From assembly GCA_026770705.1 (NCBI GenBank), contig JANJGN010000026.1, positions 32,550,001 through 32,614,000 of the forward strand: DNA of 64,000 nt. Reading direction: 5' to 3'. Within the stretch, counting starts at the first letter, position 1. Every line of letters begins with the position of its first letter. A program made the translations under genes and the position numbers. Shown one piece after another: positions 1-12,239 of this stretch. This stretch comes from Isurus oxyrinchus. Its lineage: Eukaryota. The notes beneath the pieces were generated by a model. That model ran no database searches and was not told the origin of the DNA. It worked only from the letters and a program-made list of their open reading frames with translations.

Positions 1-319
1 AAACAGAGCCAATCTGGTGACATCCTTGCTTTCTGGATATTTTTCTTTCCATAGACAGCTGTCACTATCGGTGTCTATGTCTGTGTGTGTTCCTCTGCAT
101 GTGTCAATGTGGTTTAGTTCCCTGAGGGGGATAAACGCATTTTTACCACCGTAAACTTTATTCACTTTAGTTATGTGTCTTCATGGTATATGGTACAGAG
201 AATAATAGTAGTTTTAAAAGTTGTAAGAGGACCTTTACTTCGTTGGGGCAACCCAGTGGTTAAAACAGTGGAATTACCAAACCAGGTGCTGAGTTCGACC
301 CTCGCTGGCGTATGAAGAC

Positions 320-1122
320 AAAATTTAGCTGATGAAAACGATGCAAATGTAAGCTGTGAGGAGGATACAGAGGAGTATATTGGCTGTGAAGAGATTTAGA
401 CACGTCAGGGTAACAGGGATGGAACATGAGAGAATAATTTCCACATGTGCATAGCTATTCAGGAGGTCTGAAAAAAATTGATGAAAAAGCGGAACTATTT
501 AGGCACAAAAAGTAATTAGGAAAGCTGATTGAACGTTATCATTCACTGTGAGGGGAATTGAAGTAAGGAGGTTATAGTTCAGTTGTACAGAACACCAGTG
601 TGACCATATCTGGAGTACTGTGGAGAGTGTTGGCTTCCTTATTTAAGGAAAGATGTAAATGCGTTAGAAGTCATTCAGAGAAGGCTTACTGGACTAATAT
701 CAAGGATAGGCGGGCTGTCTTATGAGGAAAGGGTGGACAAGCTAGGCCTGTATCCGCTGGAATTTAGAAAGCTAAGAGGTGACTTGATCGAAATCTTTCA
801 GATCCTGAGGGGTTTTGACAGGGTGGGTGTGAAGAGGATCTTTCCTCTTGTGGGAGAATCTGGAACTAGGTGTCACTGTTTAAAAATTGGGGTTCGCTCA
901 TTTAAGACAGAGATGAGAGAATTCTTTTTCTCTTAGAGCATCGTGAGTGGAAGCAGAGTCTTTGAATCTTTTTAAGGCAGAGATAGATATATTTAACAAG
1001 GGGCTGAAAGATTCGTGGGGATCAGTGGGAAGTTAGAAACAGATCAGCCATGATCTTATTAAATGGCGGAACAGGCTTGAAGGGCCGAGTGGCCTAATCC
1101 TGTTCCTAATTCGTATGTTCAC
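320..1122 (+). mobile_element. CR1-clade LINE 3' fragment
   Basis: ORF 733-936 KLGLYPLEFRKLRGDLIEIFQIL is the typical CR1 ORF2 C-terminus; CR1-like 3' UTR. Confidence 0.85.
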
Positions 1123-1690
1123 ATGCCCTTTGAGTATAGACTGCTTACCGATTCAGTACCCGAATGCCACAAAGTCAAGGATGATTGAAATTTTCACTGA
1201 GCAACATGTAAACAGACAACGGATTCACTCGGTGCGATGGTGTGTTCCACTTCTATATGTGCAATCACAGAATCAATTTCTATTTGAGAGTCTATTCAAA
1301 GAGTCATCCGGACTCGAAATGTCAACTGTGTTCCTCTCCGCAGATGCTGTCAGACCTGCTGAGTTTTTCCAGCTATTTTTGTTTCTGTATCAATTTATGT
1401 TTGTTGCTTTGAACCCAATGAATTGGATGCTATGCACATCTTTGCTCTAATTTATCTAATTTTCTTTGAAATAAAAATTCATATAACTATTTTCCTGGGA
1501 ACTTACTGGATAACAGCAAGGCTGGAAAAGGTAGGGCAACATTTCCTTGTAACCAAAGGACTAAAAGCAGAACTGTGTCTGTAATATAAGTAGAAGCAGG
1601 AATAGAGAGAATGTACTGGCCCTAGTTGGTGTCAAACCACCAATATTCTGGTTGACAGCTGAATTCTCTAAACAGGATGATTCACAAGCA

Positions 1691-1749
1691 CCCTGGTGAC
1701 CTGGTGGTTAGAATTCGGTGCTTTCATCGCCCAGGTTTGATTCCTGGTC
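1691..1749 (+). pseudogene. Degenerate tRNA-Glu copy
   Basis: ccctggtgacctggtggttagaattcggtgctttcatcgcc...gtttgattcctggtc resembles vertebrate tRNA-Glu, with deletions. Confidence 0.6.
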
Positions 1750-1809
1750 TCGCTGTTGTGCAAAATATCACAACCAGAAACCAATTTCTGATCCAAAAAA
1801 CACTATCGC

Positions 1810-2680
1810 CCCCCAACATCTCATCCCCTTCCCACGGCACCTTCCCATGCAATTGCAGGAGGTGTAACACCTGCCCCTTTACCTCCTCCCACCTCCCTCC
1901 AAGGTCCCAAACTCTCCTTCCAGATGAAGCAGAGATTTATTTGCACTTCATGCAATTCAGGCTGCTGCATTCGCTGCCCTCAATGTGGTCTCCTCTACAA
2001 TGGTGAGAGTAAACACAGACTGACTGTCCACTTTGTGGAACACTTTCACTCAGTCCACAAGCATAACCCAGACCTGCCTGTCACCATCTCGCTCACACTC
2101 ATATTTCTGTCCTCAGCTTTCTACAATGTTCCAGTGAAGCTCAATGCAAACTGGAGGAACAGCACCTCATCTTCTCAATAGGCACTCTACAGCCTTCTGG
2201 ACTCAACATTGAGGTCAACAGATTCACACATGAACTCCATCCTCCATTTTAATTTCCCTGCAGCCTCCCAACCCCCAAGTGCCAGTTTGCATCTTGTTCT
2301 CATGTTTTGCTTTCAGACAGCGCCGACCCTTTTTCTGCTATTAACACATTCTGCTATTTTGCTTCCAGTCAGTGCTGACCTTTGTCTAAATATTAACACC
2401 TGCTTTCATAATTAATAATATCATTCCCTTTGCCTTTGACTTGTGTTCCATGATATCTTTGTCATTTAATCTCTCCAGATCTCCAACCTATCCCTGAACA
2501 TTTTTGCTCCATTTTCTAAACCGCACCCCCCCCACCCCCACCCCGCCCCGTCAGCAGCATAAAATCCATCACATTTCTATCTCCCTTCAGTTCTGAAGAA
2601 GTGCCATATGGCCTGAGAACATTCAACCTGTTTCTGTCTCCACAGATGCTGCCAGACCTGCTGGGAACTTCAGTACCCCT
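1810..2680 (+). mobile_element. Penelope-like retroelement 3' part (GIY-YIG endonuclease remnant)
   Basis: GTFPCNCRRCNTCP and CPQCGLLYNGES..RL...F.EH motifs; ends in the cagatgctgccagacctgctg terminus. Confidence 0.85.
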
Positions 2681-3126
2681 GTTTTTATTAGAGCACAAAT
2701 TCCTGGCTTTATTATAATATAAAATGCATAGTAAATCGGCCAAAATCCGTGGAACGAGGAGCAGAGTTAAAGCTCCACGTGGTAATTAAATAGAACTGGA
2801 AATGACTGAGGTGGAGGTTAGGAGTTAGAAGATGTAACATGAAAGTGGAAAACTTTTATGTCGGTCAATTACTTACAGCGATGAATGTCTGTCGTGTGTT
2901 GCCTTGCAAGTTCAACAGGAGCCGCAGCGATTAGATTGGTGGGTTTTGGAAATTGAATTTTGCAATTCACAGCTTTTGGCACTATTTCACCACACTGTCA
3001 ATTTCATGTTCCAGCCAATGGCAATGGTTGTTTAGTTGGCTGAATAGGCCATTTTGTCTCTGGATAAAGCAGTCTGAAATGAAAATAAAAGGCAAAAGTA
3101 TCATTTATCAAAACACAAGGATAACG

Positions 3127-3198
3127 TCCCTGGTGACCATGTGGTTAGAATTCAGCCCTTTCAACGCCGCAGCCCGGATTACATTTCTGGTTTGGGAA
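3127..3198 (+). pseudogene. Degenerate tRNA-Glu(TTC) copy
   Basis: 72 nt tccctggtg...gtggttagaattc...ctttca...cgccgcagcccgg...gggaa; B box decayed. Confidence 0.65.
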
Positions 3199-3321
3199 TG
3201 AGGGTTCTTTGCTCATGTCACACTGCTTAAACAGAGAGTTATTTTTATTGGTTTAAAACTGAAAATGCATAACAGCCTCTGCCAGAATCAGTGGAGTGAG
3301 AGTTGAAGCTTCCCATCAGAG

Positions 3322-3703
3322 CTGGTATCAGAGGGAATGGAGCAGGAAGGGAGGATCCCTGGGGCGAAGTTCAGCGAGTTCAGGAGGATGGTATCAGAGA
3401 GAATGGAACCGGGAGAGAGGATCCCTGGGGTGATGTTCGGTGAGTTCAGGAGGATGGTATCAGAGGGAATGGAGCCGGGAGAGAGGAGCCCTGGGGCGAT
3501 GTTCAGGAGGATGGTATCAGAGAGAATGAAGCCGGGAGAGAGGATCCCTGGGGCGATGTTCAGTGAGTTCAGGAGGATGGTATCAGAGGGAATGGAGCAG
3601 GGAGAGAGGATCCCTGGGGTGATGCTCAGTGAGTCCAGGAGAATGGTGTCAGATGGAATGGAACAGGAAGAGAGGATCCCTGGGGCGATGCTTAGTGAGT
3701 TCA
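3322..3703. repeat. 66-bp minisatellite (~6 copies, one 57-bp unit)
   Basis: tggt(a/g)tcaga recurs at 3323, 3389, 3455, 3512, 3578, 3644. Confidence 0.95.
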
Positions 3704-3904
3704 TTTGTTTGTTGCTTCAGGCAGGCCGCAGGGCCTGGGAATTTCCACGATTTGTGCTCCCTGGTGTCCCTGATAAGCCCCAAACTGTAGTAATAATTTT
3801 GCAGAATTACTCTTCGATAATGTTTCTGTGTCAGATCGGCCCTAGTCTCTAGGAATCATCCAATGGTTTGTATCAACTGTACTGTCTGTGGTATATATGT
3901 ATTT

Positions 3905-4350
3905 TTTGTTATTCGTTTATGCGATGTGGGCACGGCTGTCTGGGCCAGCATTTATTGCCCATCCCTAATCGACTTGAGAAGGCGGCCTGTGACGTTCTGC
4001 CTTGTGAGTATTTAATCGGACAAGGTAGAGAGAGTCCAGGCGAATGCTCTCGGGGCTGGGGTTCAAATCCCAACATGGCAGCTGCTGGAATGTGAGTTCA
4101 ATTAATAAAATCTGGAATTGAAAACTGGCCTCAGTGATGGTGACCATGACAACTATCACCGATTGTCGTAAAAACCCATCTGCTGCACTCAAGTCCTTTC
4201 GGGGAGGAAATCTGTCATCTTCATCTGGCCTGGCCGACATGTGATTCCAGGTCCACAGCAATGCGGTTGACAGTTAACTGCCCTCTGAAATGGCCTCGGA
4301 AGGCGGACTGTTCAGAGCAGCCTTGCCAGCGACACCCATATCTCATGAAA
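3905..4350. mobile_element. Shark SINE/LINE-tail family fragments
   Basis: gccagcatttattgcccatccctaat and ggaaggaaatctg motifs shared with copies near 9380-9560, 19590-20200, 27235-27590, 31060-31550. Confidence 0.7.
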
Positions 4351-4816
4351 GGATAAAGAGGGAAAAACAAAACTTTTTCTCTCTATCTAAATCCTGCTGC
4401 GCCGACGCTGGGAGTGATTAATGGGACAGTGTAAAGGAAACTTTCATCCTCCCTATACTGTCCTGTATGGGCCTCTGATGAACAGCCCCTGCTGTTTACA
4501 ATTACCTGACATGTGACTGTGACAGGCCTGAGTATGAGTGAAATCACCGAGATTCTCCTCGCTGTGCAATCATTCTGCCTCTGGAATTTGCCATAAAAAG
4601 GCAGAGGTAAAGGTGTATTAACACCGATGGGTCGCTGGGTGGCGCGATGACTCTTTCACTGAAGGATCTCGGGCTCTGAAGAAGTCATGAGGACTCGAAA
4701 CGTAAACTCAGTTTTTTGTCTCCACAGATGCTGTGAGACCTGCTGAGTTTTTCCAACATTTTCTGTTTTTGTTTCAGATCCCAGACAAGTCTGGTTAAAA
4801 ATGCCTGCCTGGGAAA

Positions 4817-4817
<1 letters not shown>

Positions 4818-4849
<32 letters not shown>
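4818..4849 (+). repeat. Poly-G run (32 nt)
   Basis: Direct observation. Confidence 0.95.
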
Positions 4850-4850
<1 letters not shown>

Positions 4851-4930
4851 ACACTGTAATAGGGAAAATGGAGCGATGTCGATGGGTCTGAGAGAAAGTT
4901 CAGCAAAGTCAGTTCGTTTCACATTCATGA

Positions 4931-4972
4931 TTTATTAACAATTTCAGGGAACATTTTACAGAAAAGTTTATT
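4931..4972 (-). terminator. Membrane-form polyadenylation signals
   Basis: AATAAA at 4967-4972 and 4931-4936 downstream of TM2. Confidence 0.6.
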
Positions 4973-5387
4973 TTAAAGTTAACTGAAGTGAATATAATCA
5001 CTGAGAGTCACATTGAGAACAGAGCACATTCGCTCTGAGCTGCCAACTTTGTGTACAACTGTAACAGACACCAGAAAGAGAAAACAGGAGCTCAATATCA
5101 AGGGAAGGGATTAATTGTGAATGAGGAATGAGAAAAGTTACTTATTTACACAGGGAATTCAAACTACTGGGAAATTATTAGCTGCTGTTGCAATGAATCA
5201 TAATTATCTCGCACATTTGAAACAGAGAAACGGAAATACCGTTCATAATTGTCTCAGTTACAAATTCGGAAACATAAACTGAAGGTATTTCATCTTTACA
5301 GTCACCGAGAGGATATATTTTAAATTCGGAATACAGAGGTCTCAATAAAGAGCTGAGGAAAATCTACGGTGTCCAAAATTCAATCGG

Positions 5388-5396
5388 TCACTTGAT
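5388..5396 (-). CDS. IGHM: IgM TM2 exon (IK-stop)
   Basis: cttttacag|ATC AAG TGA, 138 bp after the TM1 donor. Confidence 0.85.
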   Translation of the reverse strand: MK

Positions 5397-5534
5397 CTGT
5401 AAAAGAGGATGAAATAATGAAGCAGATGTTTATAATCTGGGACAGTTATGTTAGAGTTCTAATCAATGAAACATTGAGAGATTTTTCAAACCGCTTCTGT
5501 CAGTTTGAAGTGTGAGTGGATTGAATCTTCTCAC

Positions 5535-5662
5535 CTTCGCCAGAGTGACGGCAGTGCTGTAGAAAATGCTCAGGAAGAATAGGATGATGAATGTGGAAGC
5601 GGTTGTCCAGATGTTGCCGTTATCATCCTCAGAGTCTTCAATCCAGATGCCGTCTGTGGAAT
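5535..5662 (-). CDS. IGHM: IgM TM1 exon
   Basis: Hand-translated (absent from ORF track): (D)[42 protein letters not shown]; cgtag acceptor, gtgaga donor; conserved antigen-receptor TM motif. Confidence 0.95.
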
Positions 5663-6199
5663 CTACGGGGATAAAGCCGAGGAAATATAATTAGGTTGTT
5701 TATTAATCTAGGGTATCATTTAAAAAAAATTCCTTTACTCTTTCATAAGTTATTAATGTATTCAATGTTCAAGGTATATCTACTATTAAGGGACACTCAG
5801 TAACCCATCTCTGTAACTATCTCTACAGCTATTCTCCCTTTACAATCTTTGTACAGTCCATGTCGGAAAAAATTGCAAATTTTCTCCAGTATCAGGTTAT
5901 TTTCGAACAATTTCGTATGATCTATTATTGGAGAATATTATGATGGGTATCGGGAAAGATTCACTGAGCTACTTATTTGGAAACTGTGAACGTTGCTTTT
6001 TAAAAGCTCGGATGTGAGTTCCCATCTTGATTGTCTATTTGTGATATGGGAATGTTTGGTGCATCATTAATTTAAATCAGTTTCTCAGTAAGTGCATTGT
6101 TTCAGTGTGTTTATTGGGTTATTATGTAATAGAGACAATTGCCAGAGGATATGCCCATTAAAAAAGTACATTTGAATTATACTTTATTCAATAGCCTGG

Positions 6200-7220
6200 C
6201 CTCTGTGTTGTGCTTTAGCTTTTGTGTGTGTCTGCATGAGTATCTCGCACTTTGCATTACTGCTTGATTGTGTGTCCATCGGTGTTAATGTGTGTGTTCA
6301 TGTGCCAATGAGTGCTGATTTGTGTATTTTTGTGTCTGCATCTGTACGTATATTTGGTTTTTCTGCCAATGTGTATGTATGAGTGTGTTATTGCATGTGT
6401 TTGTGTAATGATGTCTATGTTGACTTATTACTGTCTGTGTTAATGTGTGTTTACGCATTCCTGCCTGCTAATGTGAGTGTTAATGTTTCTTTTTGTGTTC
6501 CACTGTGTGTCAGCATTTCAAAGTCTGTGTCACAGGGTCTGTGTGTGTGTATGTGTGCGTGTGTGTGTGTGTGTGTATGACACAGCGAGAGAGAGATAAA
6601 GTTTTTAATGTGTGCATTTGTGTGTTGATTGATATTTAGAACTATGTATCAATGCGTGTTTATGTTTTCATATGTACCAACGTGTGTTTTTTGTGTTCTA
6701 CTGTCTATGAGTATGTTCATGTTTGTGTCCACATGGGTGTCTGTGAATGTGTTAGTCGGTTCCTCTGTGTTTTTGTATCTGGGTGTCGTCTGCTCATGTG
6801 TGTGCATGTGTTAATGTATGTCCATGCATTGTTTTAATGTGTACGATAGTGTGTGTCTTTCTGTCTGTATTTCTGTCATTGTGAACATGTGATAATGCAT
6901 ATGCGAAAAGTTACATTTGTGCTTTGTATCCTTGTATGAGTCTGCTTGTCTGGTTTTATCTGTTTGTGTGTGTGTGATTGTGTATATGTGTGTGAGCGAG
7001 TGTGTCTGTGTGTGTATTCCTGTATGTGTGTGTATTTGTGAATGTGTGTGTTTGTGCGTGTGTATTTGTCTATGTGTTTCTGCCTGTGTTTGTGTGGGTG
7101 CGCATGTGTGGGTGTACATGTGTCTGCTTGTACCTGTGTGTGTTTGTGTCTGTGTGTCTGTGCCTATGTGTGTGTGTGTACGCATGTTTGTGTCTGTCAA
7201 TTTGTATCAGTTGTGTGTAT
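6200..7220. repeat. Degenerate (GT)n microsatellite field in the CH4-TM1 intron
   Basis: TG-rich low-complexity tract. Confidence 0.9.
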
Positions 7221-7789
7221 TTTTACTATTTTTCCAAATTTCACCAGGTACCAATGATCGAGTCTGAACTTGATGGTGAAAAATTTGGTGAATATTTTCA
7301 ATGTTCTGTGTATAAACATGTTTTCTGTGAGATGCAAGGTGATATCAGATGAACGAATGCAAACAATCAACCATGTGCCTAATAAAAATTCAGGGACAGA
7401 ACCTTGAACAACCCAAGGAGGATTCAATCACCAATTTAGATTTGGATGATGGGAAATCAATCTTAGCATAAGCTTAACAGGGACAAGAGTGTTAAAACAT
7501 CTTCAAGTTATGTTGCACAAATAGATGTTTTTACAACATCCAAAGCATGATGGGAGTTTAAAATCTGTGGCCAGTAAGCTAGAAGCTGACTTCGACTGTT
7601 GGTAACTGAGTCTTTATAATAGAGACCCATTCTCTTCCAGATTCTCTGCTTGGGGCCTGAGTGTCCAGTGAGTTAATAGTTTTGCTCTGTCTGGTTGTCT
7701 AAGCAATTTCCCTTTCGGTTCTCTCTGCTGAGAAGGTGGAGACACACCGGGTTAACCGATGAACTTCCTCGTCTTTTTGTTTAGCAAGT

Positions 7790-8410
7790 GGAGGTAAAAT
7801 TGGCTTAAAATTTTCCTTTCAGTTTTCTCTGCCGGGTAAGTGGAGGTACAGTGGGTTACCAGTTTGCCTTCCCCTCTCTCTGTTGGGAAAGTGGGGGTAC
7901 AGTGGTTAAATAAATCCCCCCCCCCCACCTGTTGTTGTGGAAGTGAAGGTGCAGTGGTTTAACAATGTCCCCTTCCCCTCTCTCTGTTGGGGAAGTGGGG
8001 GTACATTGGGTTAACAATTTCCCCTCCACTCTCTCTGTTGGAGAAGTCGAGTTACAGTGCTTTAACAATGTCCCCTTCCCCTCTCTCTGTTGGGGAAGTG
8101 GGGGTACATTGGGTTAACAATTTCCCTTCCCCTCTCTCTGTTGGAGAAGTCGAGGTACAGTGGGTTAACAATTTCCCCTCCCCTCTCTCTGTTGGCGAAG
8201 TCGAGTTACAGTGCTTTAACAATGTCCCCTTCCCCTCTCTCTGTTGGGGAAGTGGGGGTACATTGGGTTAACAATTTCCCTTCCCCTCTCTCTGTTGGAG
8301 AAGTCGAGGTACAGTGGGTTAACAATTTCCACTCCCCCTCTCTCTGTTGGGGAGGTGGAGGTGCAGTGGGGTAACAATTTCCCTTCCCCCTCTCTCTGGT
8401 GGGGGATTGT
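7790..8410. repeat. ~51-bp minisatellite
   Basis: gggttaacaatttcccc...ctctctgttgg..aagt unit; identical blocks at offsets 103 and 154. Confidence 0.9.
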
Positions 8411-8804
8411 TGGGACATATTTCTGCGTGACCCTCACTTCAGTTCCCAGTGAGTGTGGTGCAGAAGCTTAAAGCTGGCATCCATTTTAAAGGGATGGACG
8501 ACAAAAGAGGCAGGAACACCGAGATCTAAATGTGCTGTGTTTGTTTTCTCAGAAATGAGAAATTGTCAGATTTCTCCTCAGCGGGAGGAGAGCTGGTGAA
8601 GCTATTTTGCAGAATTCTGTAATGAATGAACTTTACTCTGTCTCTAACCCAGGGTGTATCTGAGCTGGGAGCACTGGATGTACATGACTTGGGTATGAGC
8701 CCTGTGAGTATCCGATTTTAACAAAACACATCTAAAATGATCAAAAGTGGAAAACAACATTAATTAAATGATTGTGCATTTAAATCACGATTGGAGAAAA
8801 GGAC

Positions 8805-8820
8805 TTTATTATTTTTTATT
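8805..8820 (-). terminator. Secretory-form polyadenylation signals
   Basis: Two AATAAA (8815-8820, 8805-8810) about 30-40 bp after the tailpiece stop. Confidence 0.8.
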
Positions 8821-8847
8821 GTAGTTTGAAATGGAACCGAGAGATTC

Positions 8848-9239
8848 TCATTGACATGAATTAACGGTGTCCATCAGTGCAAGGGAAATGTTCACAAAAC
8901 TCGGTTTACCGCTGGATTTATCAACCGTTCTGTTGATGATCTTCAAGGGGATCGCTTCATGTCCCACCACACAGGAGTAAGAAGCGCCGCTGGCCCACTC
9001 CTCCGCTGCAATGGATAACAGGCTGTACATGAAGAAGGAGCGATTGCCGTTCTCTGCCACTACCTCGGTGTTCTTGTAGTTTCCGGGAGCCACTGGCTTG
9101 TCATTGACGGTCCACTTGACGAAGATCTCTCGGGGGGAGAAACCTCTCACTAAGCAGCTGAGGGAGACGGACCTCTGAGCGGAGACATCTTCTGCCGAGG
9201 GCAGGAGGACAGACACGGAAGGTTCCCGCGGGTCTTTAA
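8848..9239 (-). CDS. IGHM: IgM CH4 exon plus secretory tailpiece
   Basis: ctgcag acceptor; [18 protein letters not shown]...[11 protein letters not shown]; internal G|GTAAAC donor at 8910/8909 for the membrane form; tail [20 protein letters not shown] with NIS sequon and penultimate Cys. Confidence 0.96.
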
Positions 9240-9932
9240 CTGCAGAAAATGTACAATAAATGTCAATAAGCTGCATACTTTCGTAGACAATGAAATGGCT
9301 GGTTAGATGTGAGAGAAACGTGTTTTGTGATGAATATTAAGGTTTTTCATTATCCACTTCTAGGAAATATATCACCGATTCTTCACTATAGCTGAATCAA
9401 AATCCTGGAACACCCTCCCTAACAGCACTGTGGGTGTATCTACACCACATGGACTGCAGCGATTCAAGAAGGCAGCTCACCACCACCTTGTCAAGGGCAA
9501 TTAGGGATGGGCAATAACTCTGGCCCAGCCAGCGACGCCCACATCCCATGAATTAATAAATAAAATACTTTGGGATCTGTCCGGCTTTCCAGCTCGGAGC
9601 AGAGGTGGCACAATCCTTTTCCCTGGAGTTGGACGAGAAAGTTTCTCAAAGTTTACAGCACAGAAACAGGCCATTCTGCCCAACTGGTCCATGTTGGTGT
9701 TTTAGCTTCGCACCAGGCTCCTCCCATCTTGCTTCATCTAAACCCAATGGCACAACCTTCAATTCATCTACTTATCAATTTCCCCCTGAAAGTCCACAGG
9801 CCCAGGGCGTTTAGTTGGCGAAATTGCTAATCAGAGTAGACCATGAATACAATGAATAGTAAATATTGATCCTTACACTTACACTGGAAATAGACACATC
9901 GAACAACTTATTGCTTCAATCTCACCGCTCAC

Positions 9933-10244
9933 CTGGTTCCTTGTGGATGGAACTTCTTAAAGGAGTCGGCAGATCCTGATGGCTCACCACGCAGTAGAAC
10001 TCAGCCCCACTCAGCCAGGCTTGTGTCGAGATGTTTACGTTGCTGACCACGCTGTTGGGATCCTCTCCAGGTTGGACGGCGATTTCTGATTTCAAAGGCT
10101 TCTTCTCTTGTGTCCAGGACACGAGGACTCCATAAGGAGCATTAGAAATGATGCAGGTTAAGGTCACGGTCGCTTCCAGTAAGACTTGTTCTATTGGAGG
10201 TGGCAATAGAGTAATTGTGGGATCGTTGTGGCATTGGTGATCAC
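9933..10244 (-). CDS. IGHM: IgM CH3 exon
   Basis: 312 bp, ctcacag acceptor / gtgagc donor; TLTC...VSW...[13 protein letters not shown]. Confidence 0.95.
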
Positions 10245-10860
10245 CTGTGAGACAGAAATGAAAATCAACCAAAGTTTCACCTTCAGGAGCAGGACAGCAG
10301 TATTCAGCTTTCACTCTCTGAAGGAGAATAAATCACCTTGGACATATCAACCTCTAACTATCGTTTTTAATCTTCTTTACACAATGGAAAACCAGCTTGG
10401 TCTGTGTACATTGTTCTCAAAATTTAAGTCGTTCAGCCCCGGTAACATTCTCATGAATCTGCGTTTCCCCAGTCCCAATACAAATGTATCATTCATGGGC
10501 CCTGGAATGCAGGACTGAAAGCTGTTTTATAAATAGCACTTTCCAACACTCTATCTCGAAGCTGTTACCAGTGAAGGGTTCCAGACACCTTCTGCCTCTC
10601 CAAATATGATCAGCTGACTCAAGGTAAAGCTGATATCAAGTCCACCTCACTCACTCTATGACGTCAATGCAGAGACGTGATGTGATCAAATCCTGAATGG
10701 TGAATAATCCGAATGCAGCACTTACATTGGAATGAAACACCAACTATATGATAGTAAATTAGAAGTTGTTCTGTGCTTTCTACTAACTCCAATAAATTCC
10801 TGATTTGATTAACATCGCAGAGCAGAATGCTCTATTGCTTCCACGGTTTGTATTCCTTAC

Positions 10861-11175
10861 CCTCACACTTGGTGGCGTTTCGACTTTGGGTGACCCCTTG
10901 GTGAGTGACCTGACAGGTATACACTGCGTCGCTGAACCATTCCCCAGCAGAGACTTTCAGCCGACTGGTCGCCGAGAAGTTCCCGTTCACTTCAAAGGCG
11001 GGAGGGGTGATAATTCCTGAACTCATGGGTTGTCCATTTTTCAGCCACTTCACGGTGATTGGCTTCGGACGGAAATCGATGATTGAACAGACGGCGGTTG
11101 CAAATTTGTTCGTTGTGATTTCTTCCTTGGAGCTCACGGTGAGGAGAACAGTTGGATGTAAGATGTCAGGAGGAC
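10861..11175 (-). CDS. IGHM: IgM CH2 exon
   Basis: 315 bp, ttttgaag acceptor / gtaagg donor; C1-set motifs [16 protein letters not shown]...YTCQVTH. Confidence 0.94.
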
Positions 11176-11389
11176 CTTCAAAAAACACAGGTTAGCCATT
11201 TCTTGCAGAAGAAATTGATAACAGATACAATGAGTTCTTATATTTTAACAGGTTCTTTGCAGTCAATGGACACTAACCTGGAATTTCCAGGGATCAGAAC
11301 TATGCAGAGCACTATTAATGCGTTATAACCAAGGCCCTATACAGGTCAATCACAGCCTTTCTGTTTCTCACAGGTTCCCCAACACTTAC

Positions 11390-11689
11390 ATTGCATTTCA
11401 ACGCTCTTGTCTGAGACGCTGTGTCGAACCTCACACTTGATTTTGCTGCATTCTCCCTCTGACTCGGTGATGGTTAATTGGCTGCTCAGAGTGTAGGTTC
11501 CCTTCTGGTTTCTCACTGACGGGTAAGTCTTAAATCCAGTGGTAATCTGCTGCCCATCTTTCTTCCAGGTCAAGCTTGTGATTTCTGGGGAGTAGTCCAT
11601 CGCCAAACAGCCGTAGGTGACGGAGCCGTCGGTGTTTTGTTGCTGACAGGAGGAGACCAGGCTGTAGAGAGTGGGCGAAGACGGTGTCA
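11390..11689 (-). CDS. IGHM: IgM CH1 exon
   Basis: 300 bp, cccag acceptor / gtaagt donor; (V)[14 protein letters not shown]...[19 protein letters not shown]...KCEVRH. Confidence 0.95.
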
Positions 11690-12239
11690 CTGGGAAAGAA
11701 TGGCCGATTGAACAAGTTAGACTCTGTGAATTGTGATCATTAAGTAACCAAACAACTTGAAATTAAACTATAACTATAAACATATCCAAATATATTCCAA
11801 CTAAAACCCACATCCACATTTCATCATTTATTATTTCCATCATTTGGTGATCCTCGCCTGTCGGTTCCCTCTTTAGAAACCCACACCTCTTTTCCCACCT
11901 CTATCCCATTACTAAAAGAGAACATTTTGATGTCATCTGAATGACGTACCTTTCAGTGGATTAAAATGGAAGAGCAGAGCATCTTCCCCATTATTTTGGC
12001 ACCATTTATTTCTCAATCAACAGCACTTGGTGATAGAGAAATTGTCTCGTCATTTATATCATTGCAGTTTGGAAACTGGCTATGTTCAAATTTACTCCCC
12101 GCTCCATGACCCCCAAAACAAAGAATAGCAACGACTCTCCGAAGGTACCTTTGCAATGGTACCTTACTAGTGACCATAGAGCTCTAAATTGAATACCAGT
12201 TACAGTAAGTACGACGTTTTCCAATCGTATGTACATGTG

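Noticed and set aside
341-348. Perfect octamer ATGCAAAT 3' of TM2 (teleost-like 3' enhancer?)
   Set aside because: Single site within CR1-derived sequence
3288-3852. Overlapping 171-aa and 138-aa repetitive ORFs
   Set aside because: Explained by the 66-bp minisatellite; no gene structure
9920-9926. Second GTGAG donor 7 nt after the CH3 donor
   Set aside because: Would shift frame; no evidence of use
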